NCBI GenBank assembly: GCA_963702005.1
Contig: OY969696.1
Span: 3,680,001-3,744,000, forward strand
Origin: Candidatus Aminicenantes bacterium
Lineage (GTDB): Bacteria; Acidobacteriota; Aminicenantia; Aminicenantales; JAFGBC01
Direction: 5' to 3'
Length of the DNA: 64,000 nt
Of the stretch, positions 54,601-62,450 are shown one piece after another; position 1 is the first letter of the stretch; every line of letters starts with the position of its first letter. The notes beneath the pieces are model-generated. The model did no database searches. It saw only the letters and a program-made list of their open reading frames with translations, and was not told the origin of the DNA. Made by a program: the position numbers and the translations under genes.

Positions 54601-56527
54601 GCTGAAAGACTTCGACCCTTCAGAAAATATTATTGGTCGTTGGGTTGCCGGAGTAGGGCACCCTAGATTTGCCGCATTGAAATCCGAAGAGCATACCGCA
54701 CAGATTAGCAAAGACTTGGCCAAGGATATCGAAGACGAGTTTCGAGCCCAAGGGATCAATCTTCTAAGCAGTACAACGACGTTTGAAATGGGTATAAATA
54801 TTGGAGACCTTCAAAAGGTGCTTCTAAGGAATGCTCCCCCATCGAGTGCCAGCTATGTGCAGAGAGTAGGAAGAGCAGGCCGGGGCAAAGAAAAGAATTC
54901 AGTAGCCGTTACGCTCTGCCGACGAACAAAATATGATGGCGATGCTTGGGAGAACCCCCCGCGCCTCATGGCGGGGGAAGTACACGTGCCTGTGGTATAT
55001 ACGAAGAACCGTGTCATCTCGCAACGACACTTCAATGCTACGGCGTTTGCAGCCTTTCTGCGGGTAAAAATAAGGGATCAGGGCGTGCTTGGAAAGGTAT
55101 CACAGAAAATTCGCATTGAATCCTTTTTGCCTACCGAGTTCCGGAAGAACATTCCGAAGGATTGGTTCCAGCTGAAATCCGAAGGCCTTTATTTGGATTT
55201 TCCATATTGGTTCAATGATAAAGCCGAAGATGAAATTTTCCACGGAGATGCCGGTCACATGGTTGTTGAAGCAGCATGCGGCTTTGTTGATGCTCGAATT
55301 GTCGCAATTCAGACATATATAGATATACTAAATAATATCGGAGAGGAACTGCGGGCATTTATGAGTGAGCGCCAAGGGCTAATAGTCGAAGGAAAAGACA
55401 TAAGGGATATTGACCAATCGATAAAAAATATTCTTGGGAATGACGTAATATCCACCTTAGTACAAAATGGTTTTTTGCCTAGATACGCGTTTCCTCTAGA
55501 TGTTGTAAAATTGGAAACAGGAAAAAGTCGTTGGTCAGCTGATTCTGATGTCGAGCTAAATCGTGATAGGGGGCTAGCGATAGCAGAGTTTGCTCCTGGA
55601 GCTCAGGTTATTGCGCATAAAAAGGTTTTCACGAGTGCAGGACTCTATGTCGTAAGCAAGAGGGATAAACCAGAACAACGGTGGTATTCTAAATGCCCTA
55701 CGTGTGAGCAGATTCGCACGAGTTCGACAAAAGAGTCCCTAAAGGGAGCATGCCTGGTGTGCCAACGGCCAATTACGGATCAATACATTTATCCGTTCGT
55801 CTCTCCTGCTGCTTTCAGCGTGCGAGTGAATGAGACACAAGGAGGGACCCGTTATCGTCGCAGTACGCTCTTGCGGCAAAGGCAATCAATCACGCACTTT
55901 ATTGATTATATTGGAGAGGAAAGTTATCTAGAACGCGGGCTTTTTAGAATTGCACTGAAAGAATCCGGGTCTTTATTCCGGTATAATCTGGGCCCGAATA
56001 ATGAAGGATTTATGCTTTGTCCCGAGTGCGGGGCAAGTGAGTCTCTCAGACGATATCGAGCGGGGAAGAAACACCTGAAGCTTCGATCATTCTCGGGAAC
56101 AACGATGTGTGGGAACACCCGGCCATGGACAAAACGACTCGCATATGGACATGAGTTCTCAAGCTTTTGTCTTATAGCTCGACCTTTAGGCGTGCCGCCA
56201 CCCGTGGAATCTCTTGCTTATGCCCTACAAAGAGGTTTGTGTCGTACGTTAGATCTTGAATCCTCGGATATAGGTGTCTCCTGGCGGTGGTTAGCGACTA
56301 AAACAGGTCGGACCGGGTCGGAAATAATTCTATATGACTATGCTCCAGGAGGAGCGGGATTCGTAAAAGAAGGTTATGAAAACTGGGAACAAGTAGTCAA
56401 ATCTGCCTTCGAGATGTGTAATGAATGTACATGTGATATGGCATGTTATGATTGCCTGAAGAGTTACCAAAATCAGGCTCATCATGAGATCCTGAATCGT
56501 CGTGCTGTAGCAGATTTTCTTAGATAG
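51662..56527 (+). CDS. SF2 DEAH-box helicase with multiple Zn fingers and C-terminal DUF1998 (DruE/MrfA/YprA-like)
   Basis: KHQ, TGTSSGKT, YPLNALVNDQ, LDEAH, SAT, EHTAQ, TFEMGINIG, QRVGRAGR, YDYAPGGAG, CxC..ACYDCL; many CxxC pairs. Confidence 0.92.
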   Translation: MESLNSRFINEVFLPYKEFLRAKYRFHRQFEHAKSAWENKLTMEELVNGAYLEKSQVYAAGLPLEKLNLHKATRETISARLDGRDLWKHQTDALQLLLDGKNAVIATGTSSGKTLCFQIPILDDLVRRPSPGLRAIIIYPLNALVNDQLEEWEQMLKSYPSITFARFTGQTPKTQIDYIERLKNVSRTQLRDQQLSQRDLERIVYEQVQQKIREAIPNRLNHREAIRATPPNVLVTNFSMLEYLLERPVDAPIFENGDLKFLVLDEAHAYRGVQATEIAFLVRRLKDRLGVMSLTCIATSATLGKLEDADSRAKVRKFASDIFGEQFSEPNPIFSTITVPPILQPTISPSPENYVAALSALRSNHAADVAYHLGIIESAPSITTILSHDENLYRLRREILSKPCLIKDAAKALWPTNEKAEEGLFALLEIVVFAKEDQAHEDLLPTRLHYFIRAQDGLHICLRKDCPARSEGRAAFFVSRTTEKEVPEGECPECYRSGLKSHLVEVVTCRKCGYLFGALQDLGPRRAQLHGDADNAILPHFDSFDTGLGWAGDSYWSYFSTAEDLPFPEQLRLDEDDDDQYDLFLHPATLDWCVICGKKHDLGDGDNCRCSKPHLRKIQVFHRQCPTTGKAEDRENLYGNEKELLTACPNCGARNASGIEPLRRFQESDDEVGLAMAIPFAHFQIEPWLGQSSPPRKLLCFTDHRQRAAAFPSLLEEETFDWDMGRKIVETVIRVSRPPSVVELGEHLAEIADPNSSLYDPNFFLPVSRYPDEDLDSKEKRNLWVAETFSYFGIPDSARDSAEDLGLIRVEYRLKNDEIKELNEPILNFTRDFEEANALLQTLLRFVRHRKAFTLPKGVKPDAVAFGRVTADLAYVKQKGNVKNSIGWLPARDNESAITDYVRRIFHITHNEALNIASAIWDILTLRHLLLEYRGRWKLDHERLYVLRSEKRYVCNRCGLVIAYSVRNYCPRRECNGTLELKDFDPSENIIGRWVAGVGHPRFAALKSEEHTAQISKDLAKDIEDEFRAQGINLLSSTTTFEMGINIGDLQKVLLRNAPPSSASYVQRVGRAGRGKEKNSVAVTLCRRTKYDGDAWENPPRLMAGEVHVPVVYTKNRVISQRHFNATAFAAFLRVKIRDQGVLGKVSQKIRIESFLPTEFRKNIPKDWFQLKSEGLYLDFPYWFNDKAEDEIFHGDAGHMVVEAACGFVDARIVAIQTYIDILNNIGEELRAFMSERQGLIVEGKDIRDIDQSIKNILGNDVISTLVQNGFLPRYAFPLDVVKLETGKSRWSADSDVELNRDRGLAIAEFAPGAQVIAHKKVFTSAGLYVVSKRDKPEQRWYSKCPTCEQIRTSSTKESLKGACLVCQRPITDQYIYPFVSPAAFSVRVNETQGGTRYRRSTLLRQRQSITHFIDYIGEESYLERGLFRIALKESGSLFRYNLGPNNEGFMLCPECGASESLRRYRAGKKHLKLRSFSGTTMCGNTRPWTKRLAYGHEFSSFCLIARPLGVPPPVESLAYALQRGLCRTLDLESSDIGVSWRWLATKTGRTGSEIILYDYAPGGAGFVKEGYENWEQVVKSAFEMCNECTCDMACYDCLKSYQNQAHHEILNRRAVADFLR

Positions 56528-56547
56528 CAATGTCGAGGGGATGTAGA

Positions 56548-56625
56548 GGACCTTCCCCCCTTAAATCAGTCCAGGTATAATGAGAAAAACCTGGGAGAAA
56601 GGAGTTTTGATGGGCAGGGTACGGT
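56548..56625 (+). mobile_element. Isolated IS3-family left end
   Basis: 56558-56598 matches 49029-49069 at 39/41 nt; followed by AAGGAG + ATG GGC AGG. Confidence 0.7.
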
Positions 56626-56699
56626 CGTGTCAAGATTAGCTCGCAACTTCGGGGCCATCGTAACCCTCTTCAGCTCGCCACCTGAGCTGCCATGAAGGC
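56626..56699. repeat. ~75 bp imperfect direct repeat, copy 1
   Basis: Similar to 62451-62526 (core CTCTTCAGCTCGCCRCCTGAG). Confidence 0.7.
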
Positions 56700-56787
56700 G
56701 TGGTTGCATTCCATGTGTTCTCAAGTTGGACTAAGAAAGAAATCCATAATTTATCTCCTATCGCCGCATAGCCGAGCAGCTTGAACC

Positions 56788-57790
56788 TCAGTGTGAGGCG
56801 TTCCCAAGAATCCTATCTCCAACAAGCTTCAGCACATCGGGTGAAATCGTTTCGTCAATCTTGGCATATTCCCTCGGGTGGCCGGTTTGGGCTGTTTGGA
56901 AAAGGTGATTCAAGCCAGGGAGCATTTTGATTTCATAATGGGTATTCCCTGCCTCTTTAAGCGCTTGTTCGATTGCGGCAAGGTTGATGTCGGCCCGCAC
57001 CTGAGTATCCTTATCCCCGTTCAGGGCAAGGACAGGGCAGCGGACCTTTCGCAGCGCCGTCGCTGGGTCATAGCCGGCAATGAGGCGGGCCCAGGGATAA
57101 TCGGCGGCGAGCTCCTTCCAATCCGAAAGAACAGACGCTTCGCTGGCACTTAATTCCTTTTTCTCCGCGTCCGTCATGCCGGTCAGGGATGCTGCGATGA
57201 TCCGTTTGAATTCGGGTTCCGCTTCCTGATAATTATCATGGCTTCGGATCGCCCGTATCAGCCGTTCATTCATAAGGTCTGCTTTGCGGACGGCTTCCGG
57301 GCCGGCGCCGCCGCTCCTCGCAGTATCCTCAAGCTGTTCCATGAGCAGCCGATCTCCCGGGACCCCGGTTCCCGCCAGCAAGACGAGAAACGCCACCTCC
57401 GAATTTCGGGCCGCGACCATGGGAGCGATGATTCCGCCTTCGCTGTGACCGATGAAGCCGATTTTACGGTCGTCGCAGCGCAGGACGGCGATCCCCCTGC
57501 GCGTCAGGGCGTCGGCCCAGACCAGGAACGGCCGGTGGCCGGCGATCGTCGAATCCCGGTCCTGGGGGCCGGAACCGCTGACGAGCACGGCCGCGGGAAA
57601 GGGGCCCGGGCCGGCGGGGATGGTTTTGGCTCCCGGAGTCCGCGGCCATCTTGCCTTCGAAGACGATCCCGTAGCTGCTCATGTCCAGGACGAGGTTGGG
57701 CGGCGTGAAACGGACCTCCTGGACGGACATGGCGCGGGATTTCTGAGCGGGGATGGAAAGTTTGTTCTCGCTCGCGGTCATCGTTGCCGC
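56788..57790 (-). pseudogene. Alpha/beta hydrolase with internal deletion and broken 5' end
   Basis: SGSGPQDRD, GHSEGG, KDTQV, LNHLFQ present, but LRCDDR joins directly to KIGFIG; N-terminal portion in another frame. Confidence 0.75.
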
Positions 57791-57813
57791 CTGCTGGCAG
57801 GCCCAGAAAGGGT

Positions 57814-58554
57814 ATGGACCCGGTCTATATTCTGTTCGGCCTGGTCGCCTTCCCCCTGTTCGCCGCCGCATCCTATTTCGCTCTCGCCTTCGCCGCCGGG
57901 ATCCTGGACGAGGAGTTCTCGCGGCGCATTCGGATCGCTTTCATCCTTTTTTGGGCGGTTCTATTCGCGCTGTTCCTGGTGAGGATCCAGTTCGCCCTGC
58001 GCGGGATGAGAATTCCGCCCGCCGTCCGGACGCTGAACATGGTATTGGGGATGGGCATGGGCGTCTCCCCCATCGCCATCAATGTATATATGATGGTTCG
58101 GGCAGGGCGGCGCTCGCGCTCCGAGGAGAGGGCGGGGCTGGTGAAGTTCGGGGCCGTTTCCCTGGCCGGCTACCTGCTGCTGATCGCGGCCATGATCATA
58201 CCCCAGGCCGGCCTGCCGTTCCGATTGGCTGTCCCGCTCTTGTTGGGGATCGCGATGCTATCCCCGGTTTTGGTTTTGAGGGGGTTCCTGACGCGCTTCT
58301 ATCGGCCGATCCCGGCCGGGATCTTCGAGGGGCCGACGCTCGGCGGGCTGTGCGAGCGGTGCGGGCTCTCGAACCGGGAAGGGGAAATCCTGGGCCTGCT
58401 TCTACGGGGAAAGAGCAACAAGGAGATCGAGAGGGATCTGTTTATATCGCCCCATACGGTCCGGAACCATATCCATAACATCTACCAGAAGCTCGGGGTG
58501 GGGAGCCGCCTGCAGCTGATGAATTTCGTGAGGACGAGGATCGAATTGGACTGA
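57814..58554 (+). CDS. Membrane-bound LuxR-family HTH regulator (possibly 5'-truncated)
   Basis: Several TM helices then LSNREGEIL...GKSNKEI...ISPHTVRNHIHNIYQKLGV. Confidence 0.85.
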   Translation: MDPVYILFGLVAFPLFAAASYFALAFAAGILDEEFSRRIRIAFILFWAVLFALFLVRIQFALRGMRIPPAVRTLNMVLGMGMGVSPIAINVYMMVRAGRRSRSEERAGLVKFGAVSLAGYLLLIAAMIIPQAGLPFRLAVPLLLGIAMLSPVLVLRGFLTRFYRPIPAGIFEGPTLGGLCERCGLSNREGEILGLLLRGKSNKEIERDLFISPHTVRNHIHNIYQKLGVGSRLQLMNFVRTRIELD

Positions 58555-58557
58555 GGC

Positions 58558-58579
58558 TCCACGGACTTACGTCCGTGGA
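58558..58579. terminator. Hairpin between convergent genes
   Basis: TCCACGGAC-ttac-GTCCGTGGA. Confidence 0.5.
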
Positions 58580-58605
58580 ATCACGCGTCGGGATCGGCGA
58601 ACGGC

Positions 58606-59739
58606 TCAATCGGCAGCCAGCTTGAAGCGGGCAAAGGCAAAAGAGCCGTCCCCGTTTTTCTTGGTGAGATAAGCGTAGGCGAAACCGTTCCTAAAATGGA
58701 CGGGCATCACGGCTTCATAGTCCCCCGGATCGATCTTGACCGCGGCCAGCTGCCGGCCGTCGGTCGTGTAAACCTTGAACGAGACGTCCCGTGAAAAATG
58801 GGCCGCATTGAAATCGTATATGAGGATGCGCCCGTCGGCGCCGAGCGCCAAGCGCGAATAAAGGGGGAGATATTCAGGGAGCTCGATATCGGCCTTGTTC
58901 CGGGCCAAGAATCCGATGTTCTTCGGGTTCTCATCCGCTCTTACGGCGAATTCGAGGTGCTTCCAGGTGATCTTGGTCCTTTCGACGTCCAGGCTGAAGG
59001 AGGAGAGCTTGTCGCCCGCATACGAGAAGAAGGCGATCTCCGGACTCCCTGAACAGGCGACGAGGACCTTGCCGGGGCCAGCCTTGGCTAGAAAGACGGC
59101 GGGCTCCCATTCCATGACCCTGAGATTGAACTTGGACAACGGCCTGTCCCAGTCAAAAAACGCCAACTCTTTGTCCCGGCCGTCCCCAAGGTCCTTGACC
59201 AGGACGCGATAACGGACGGCGATCACATGAGGCGGGCCCGTCCGCTCTTCGTAAGCGACGCAGACGATCTTCCCTCCGTCGAGAGCGGCCAGAGAAAGGA
59301 TCGACCGGGGGACGCCGGCGCCGCCGGCCGGCTGGACCGTCCTCAAAAATTTCCCGTCCAGGTCGAACAAGCTCAACCGTTTGTTTCCCGCGTCATTGAC
59401 GACAAGGATCTTCCCGTCAAGGACGTCGAGGGCACCGGGGTTCAGAAGGTCTCCCGGTCCTTGGCCTTTCCGGCCGAAGCTCTTGATGAGGTTCCCGTCG
59501 GGGTCGAACTTATGCACAAGGCCTTCGGCCGAGGCCGGCCGGAAGAACGACCCGTCGGGAAGGAAAGCCGTCCAATTGTCGGTTGTCGGTTCGAAAAGCA
59601 TATCCCATTCCGTGCCCTTCCCGAACGCGGGGTCAGGGATGATCTTGACGGTACCGGACCTGAAGTCGGCCTGCCCGATCTTCGGCTGCCCCACACCTAA
59701 GGTCCCGGCTACGACGAAAAAAACGACGGCACCGATCAT
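58606..59739 (-). CDS. 6-bladed beta-propeller (NHL-like) exported protein
   Basis: Signal peptide; KFDPDGNLIKSFGRKGQGPGDL, FDLDGKFL repeats; GGAGG RBS. Confidence 0.82.
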   Translation of the reverse strand: MIGAVVFFVVAGTLGVGQPKIGQADFRSGTVKIIPDPAFGKGTEWDMLFEPTTDNWTAFLPDGSFFRPASAEGLVHKFDPDGNLIKSFGRKGQGPGDLLNPGALDVLDGKILVVNDAGNKRLSLFDLDGKFLRTVQPAGGAGVPRSILSLAALDGGKIVCVAYEERTGPPHVIAVRYRVLVKDLGDGRDKELAFFDWDRPLSKFNLRVMEWEPAVFLAKAGPGKVLVACSGSPEIAFFSYAGDKLSSFSLDVERTKITWKHLEFAVRADENPKNIGFLARNKADIELPEYLPLYSRLALGADGRILIYDFNAAHFSRDVSFKVYTTDGRQLAAVKIDPGDYEAVMPVHFRNGFAYAYLTKKNGDGSFAFARFKLAAD

Positions 59740-60008
59740 GGCAACCTCCCTCCTATCCCGAGAGGGTCGTCAGGATCCCCCCGGAACATGCCTTTCAATA
59801 TTTTAATACGCCCCAAAAGGCCAAATCATTCAGGGCGACGTTCACCGGGCTTTGGGGAGAAGCTGCCAGCGTGTGTGGGCGGCGTAAGCGGTGTTCGCAC
59901 GCAGGCTGGAATTCAGGCCGATTTCCCATCCCGCCCCTGGGGACAAGCATAAATTCCGGTTTCGAGAAAGTCAAGAGCTTGAGGGCTCATGTTTTGCATT
60001 AAGGCTCG

Positions 60009-60121
60009 ATGAGCATGGGTGTCTCCCCCATCGCCATCTATGTCTATATGATGGTTCGGGCGGGGCGGACCTCGCGCTCCGAAGAGAGGGCGGGGCTCGT
60101 GAAGCTCGGGGCCGTTTCCCT
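60009..60121 (+). repeat. Diverged 113 bp copy of an internal segment of the LuxR gene (58051-58163)
   Basis: Both translate MGVSPIAIxVYMMVRAGRxSRSEERAGLVKxGAVSL. Confidence 0.85.
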
Positions 60122-60169
60122 TATTGTGCGAATAATCTCGCATGAAATATATCTTGAAATAGTATATAC

Positions 60170-60211
60170 AAAGTGCTATTATTCAATTAATAAATGAATT
60201 ATTGCGCTTTT
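60170..60211. promoter_or_regulatory. Imperfect inverted repeat upstream of second AbiEi (probable operator)
   Basis: AAAGTGCTATTATTCA-N9-TGAATTATTGCGCTTT. Confidence 0.5.
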
Positions 60212-60219
60212 GGTGTAAC

Positions 60220-61026
60220 ATGGAAACCATATCAGGCTTAGGGAAAAAGGACAGAAAAAGGCTCTCGGCGATTTTCCGGGAAACAAAGGGGACTATTTCC
60301 GTAAGAGAAGCGGCCGGCATCCTGGATATCGATTCTACCGATGCGGCTAAGATGCTTTCTCGGTGGGCGCGGAAAGGCTGGCTTTCCCGTATTCGGCAAG
60401 GCTTATACGTGCGCGTGCCGCTGGAGTCGAGCACTCCCGATATCCCTCTCGAAGACCCATGGATCGTCGCCGACCGCTTGTTTTCCCCATGCTATATAGG
60501 CGGATGGAGCGCCGCGGAATACTGGGATCTCACCGAGCAGATTTTTCGCACGATTGTCGTCATGACAACCAAGAGACCCAGGGATCGCGCCCCCGTCTTA
60601 AAGGGGACGAGCTTTATGCTCCGCACCGTGTCTGAGAAAACATTGTTCGGAACAAAGTCTATATGGAGAGGGCAGGTCAAAGTGTCCATTTCCGATCCCT
60701 CCCGGACCATCCTCGACATGCTGGCCGACCCCCGTCTCGGCGGTGGGATACGCCCGACCCTGGACCTGTTCTTGAACTACATGAAATCCGAGAATAAGGA
60801 CGTTTCCCTCCTGACCGAATATGCCAAGCGCCTGGGCAACGGAGCCGTTTTTAAGCGTCTCGGATTCTTGATGGAACGCTATGCTCCCGATCAGGCCGCG
60901 GCCATCGCTCTCTGTAGGGCTCAGCTGACGAAAGGGCTCGCCAAACTTGATCCCTCTCGAAAGGCCGGAAAGTTGGCGACTCGCTGGAGGCTGTGGGTGC
61001 CGGAGAATTTGGCCAAGGAGAAGTAA
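60220..61026 (+). CDS. Type IV TA antitoxin, AbiEi family
   Basis: wHTH (GWLSRIRQGLY), YIGGWSAAEYWDLTEQ, SDPSRTILD, KRLGFL, RWRLWVP. Confidence 0.9.
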   Translation: METISGLGKKDRKRLSAIFRETKGTISVREAAGILDIDSTDAAKMLSRWARKGWLSRIRQGLYVRVPLESSTPDIPLEDPWIVADRLFSPCYIGGWSAAEYWDLTEQIFRTIVVMTTKRPRDRAPVLKGTSFMLRTVSEKTLFGTKSIWRGQVKVSISDPSRTILDMLADPRLGGGIRPTLDLFLNYMKSENKDVSLLTEYAKRLGNGAVFKRLGFLMERYAPDQAAAIALCRAQLTKGLAKLDPSRKAGKLATRWRLWVPENLAKEK

Positions 61027-61027
61027 T

Positions 61028-62425
61028 ATTATCACCCATCGGGAGATTATGGAGTTTTCCAGGGAATTCGGCCTTACGCCTAATATAATCGAGAAGGATT
61101 ATTTGCTTGGCTGGCTGCTGGCCGGCATCTCGAATCATCCTGAACTCGGTCAGAGTTGGATTTTCAAAGGCGGCACGTGCCTTAAGAAATGCTATTTCGA
61201 AACCTACCGTTTTTCCGAAGATCTGGATTTCACGCTCGCCCGGGCTGAGCACCAAGACAAGGATTTCCTGATCGGCGCGTTCAAGAAAATCGCGAACTGG
61301 ATTTACGATGCCGCGGGCATCGAAATCCCTCGTGAATCGATACGATTTGATTTGAATACAAATCCCCGCGGAAAAATATCCGTGGAGGGACGGATCTACT
61401 ATAAAGGACCTCTCGGATTCGCGGGACCTTTGCCTCGCATCAAATTGGACTTGACCGCGGATGAGATCCTTGTCTTGAATCAGGTTTCGCGCGAAGTCAA
61501 TCATCCCTATTCCGATAAACCGGCTGGCGGGATCCACTTCAAGTGCTACGGGTTTGAGGAGCTCTTCGCCGAAAAGGTCAGAGCCCTGGGAGAGCGGTTA
61601 AGGCCAAGAGATCTTTATGACGTCGTTCATCTCTACAGGCATTTCGGAACGGGCCAAAACCGCGAGCTTGTTTTAAGCACGCTAAAGAAGAAGTGCGAAT
61701 TCAAAGAAATTCCCCTCCCTGTCATGGAAACACTCGAGGGCAAGCCGGAACGAGCCGAATTGGTTTCCGAATGGAATAGCATGCTGGGCCACCAAGTGCC
61801 CGTCTTACCGCCCTTTGAACAATTCTGGCAAGAGCTTCCGGAATTATTCGACTGGCTTTATCGCGCGGTAGAGAAGGCTGCCCCCGCATCCATGCCTGCT
61901 ATTAAGGGCGAGGATATTGACACGACGTGGCATCCCCCTGCCATGGCCCAAGCCTGGCATATGGCTATTCCTCTTGAGGTCATTCGCTACGCCGCTACGA
62001 ATAGGTTGATTGTCGACTTAGCCTATGGAGGAAGTCGACGCCTGATAGAACCATACTCTTTAAAACGGACTCGAGAAGGTAACCTGCTCCTCCATGCTGT
62101 AAAACATGAATCGGGAGAGTCCCGATCTTATAGGGTTGACCGTATTGAAGGCGCAAAGGTTACCCAGAGGTCATTTCGGCCGAAATACGCCATCGAGCTG
62201 ACAATTAAAGAGCCCTATCAAGCTCTCCCGACATCGAAGAGGTCGGCCTGGATAAAGCCGATCAGTCGTTTGCATGACTCGGGACCCAAATATATTTTCA
62301 AATGCAGCCTATGCGGTAAGAGATTCACTAAAAAGTCATTTGATGCGACTCTCAAAAACCACAAAAACAAATTCGGACATCCTTGCCCGAGCCAAATAGG
62401 ATTATATGTCGCAACGAAATACTAA
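61028..62425 (+). CDS. AbiEii nucleotidyltransferase fused to WYL domain and C-terminal Zn finger
   Basis: IEKDY, FKGGTCLKK, RFSEDLDF, AEKVRAL..R.RPRDLYD; RLIEPYSL...RSYRVDRI; CSLC...H...C; start ATT 61028 or ATG 61049. Confidence 0.88.
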   Translation: MITHREIMEFSREFGLTPNIIEKDYLLGWLLAGISNHPELGQSWIFKGGTCLKKCYFETYRFSEDLDFTLARAEHQDKDFLIGAFKKIANWIYDAAGIEIPRESIRFDLNTNPRGKISVEGRIYYKGPLGFAGPLPRIKLDLTADEILVLNQVSREVNHPYSDKPAGGIHFKCYGFEELFAEKVRALGERLRPRDLYDVVHLYRHFGTGQNRELVLSTLKKKCEFKEIPLPVMETLEGKPERAELVSEWNSMLGHQVPVLPPFEQFWQELPELFDWLYRAVEKAAPASMPAIKGEDIDTTWHPPAMAQAWHMAIPLEVIRYAATNRLIVDLAYGGSRRLIEPYSLKRTREGNLLLHAVKHESGESRSYRVDRIEGAKVTQRSFRPKYAIELTIKEPYQALPTSKRSAWIKPISRLHDSGPKYIFKCSLCGKRFTKKSFDATLKNHKNKFGHPCPSQIGLYVATKY

Positions 62426-62450
62426 AAAGCGAGCGGGTAACGAGAGAGGC

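Larger units (their letters stand above)
46150..56790. mobile_element. AT-rich defence island (approximate limits)
   Basis: Abrupt visible drop in GC and change in codon style at polX 3' end; nuclease/helicase cargo; IS3 relics; no integrase seen. Confidence 0.7.

Noticed and set aside
49521-56527. DISARM, BREX or type I/III R-M call for the helicase locus
   Set aside because: No methyltransferase, PglZ, specificity subunit or PLD nuclease; helicase and DUF1998 are in one polypeptide
46150-56790. Prophage or integrative element
   Set aside because: No integrase, structural, replication or conjugation genes; not adjacent to a tRNA
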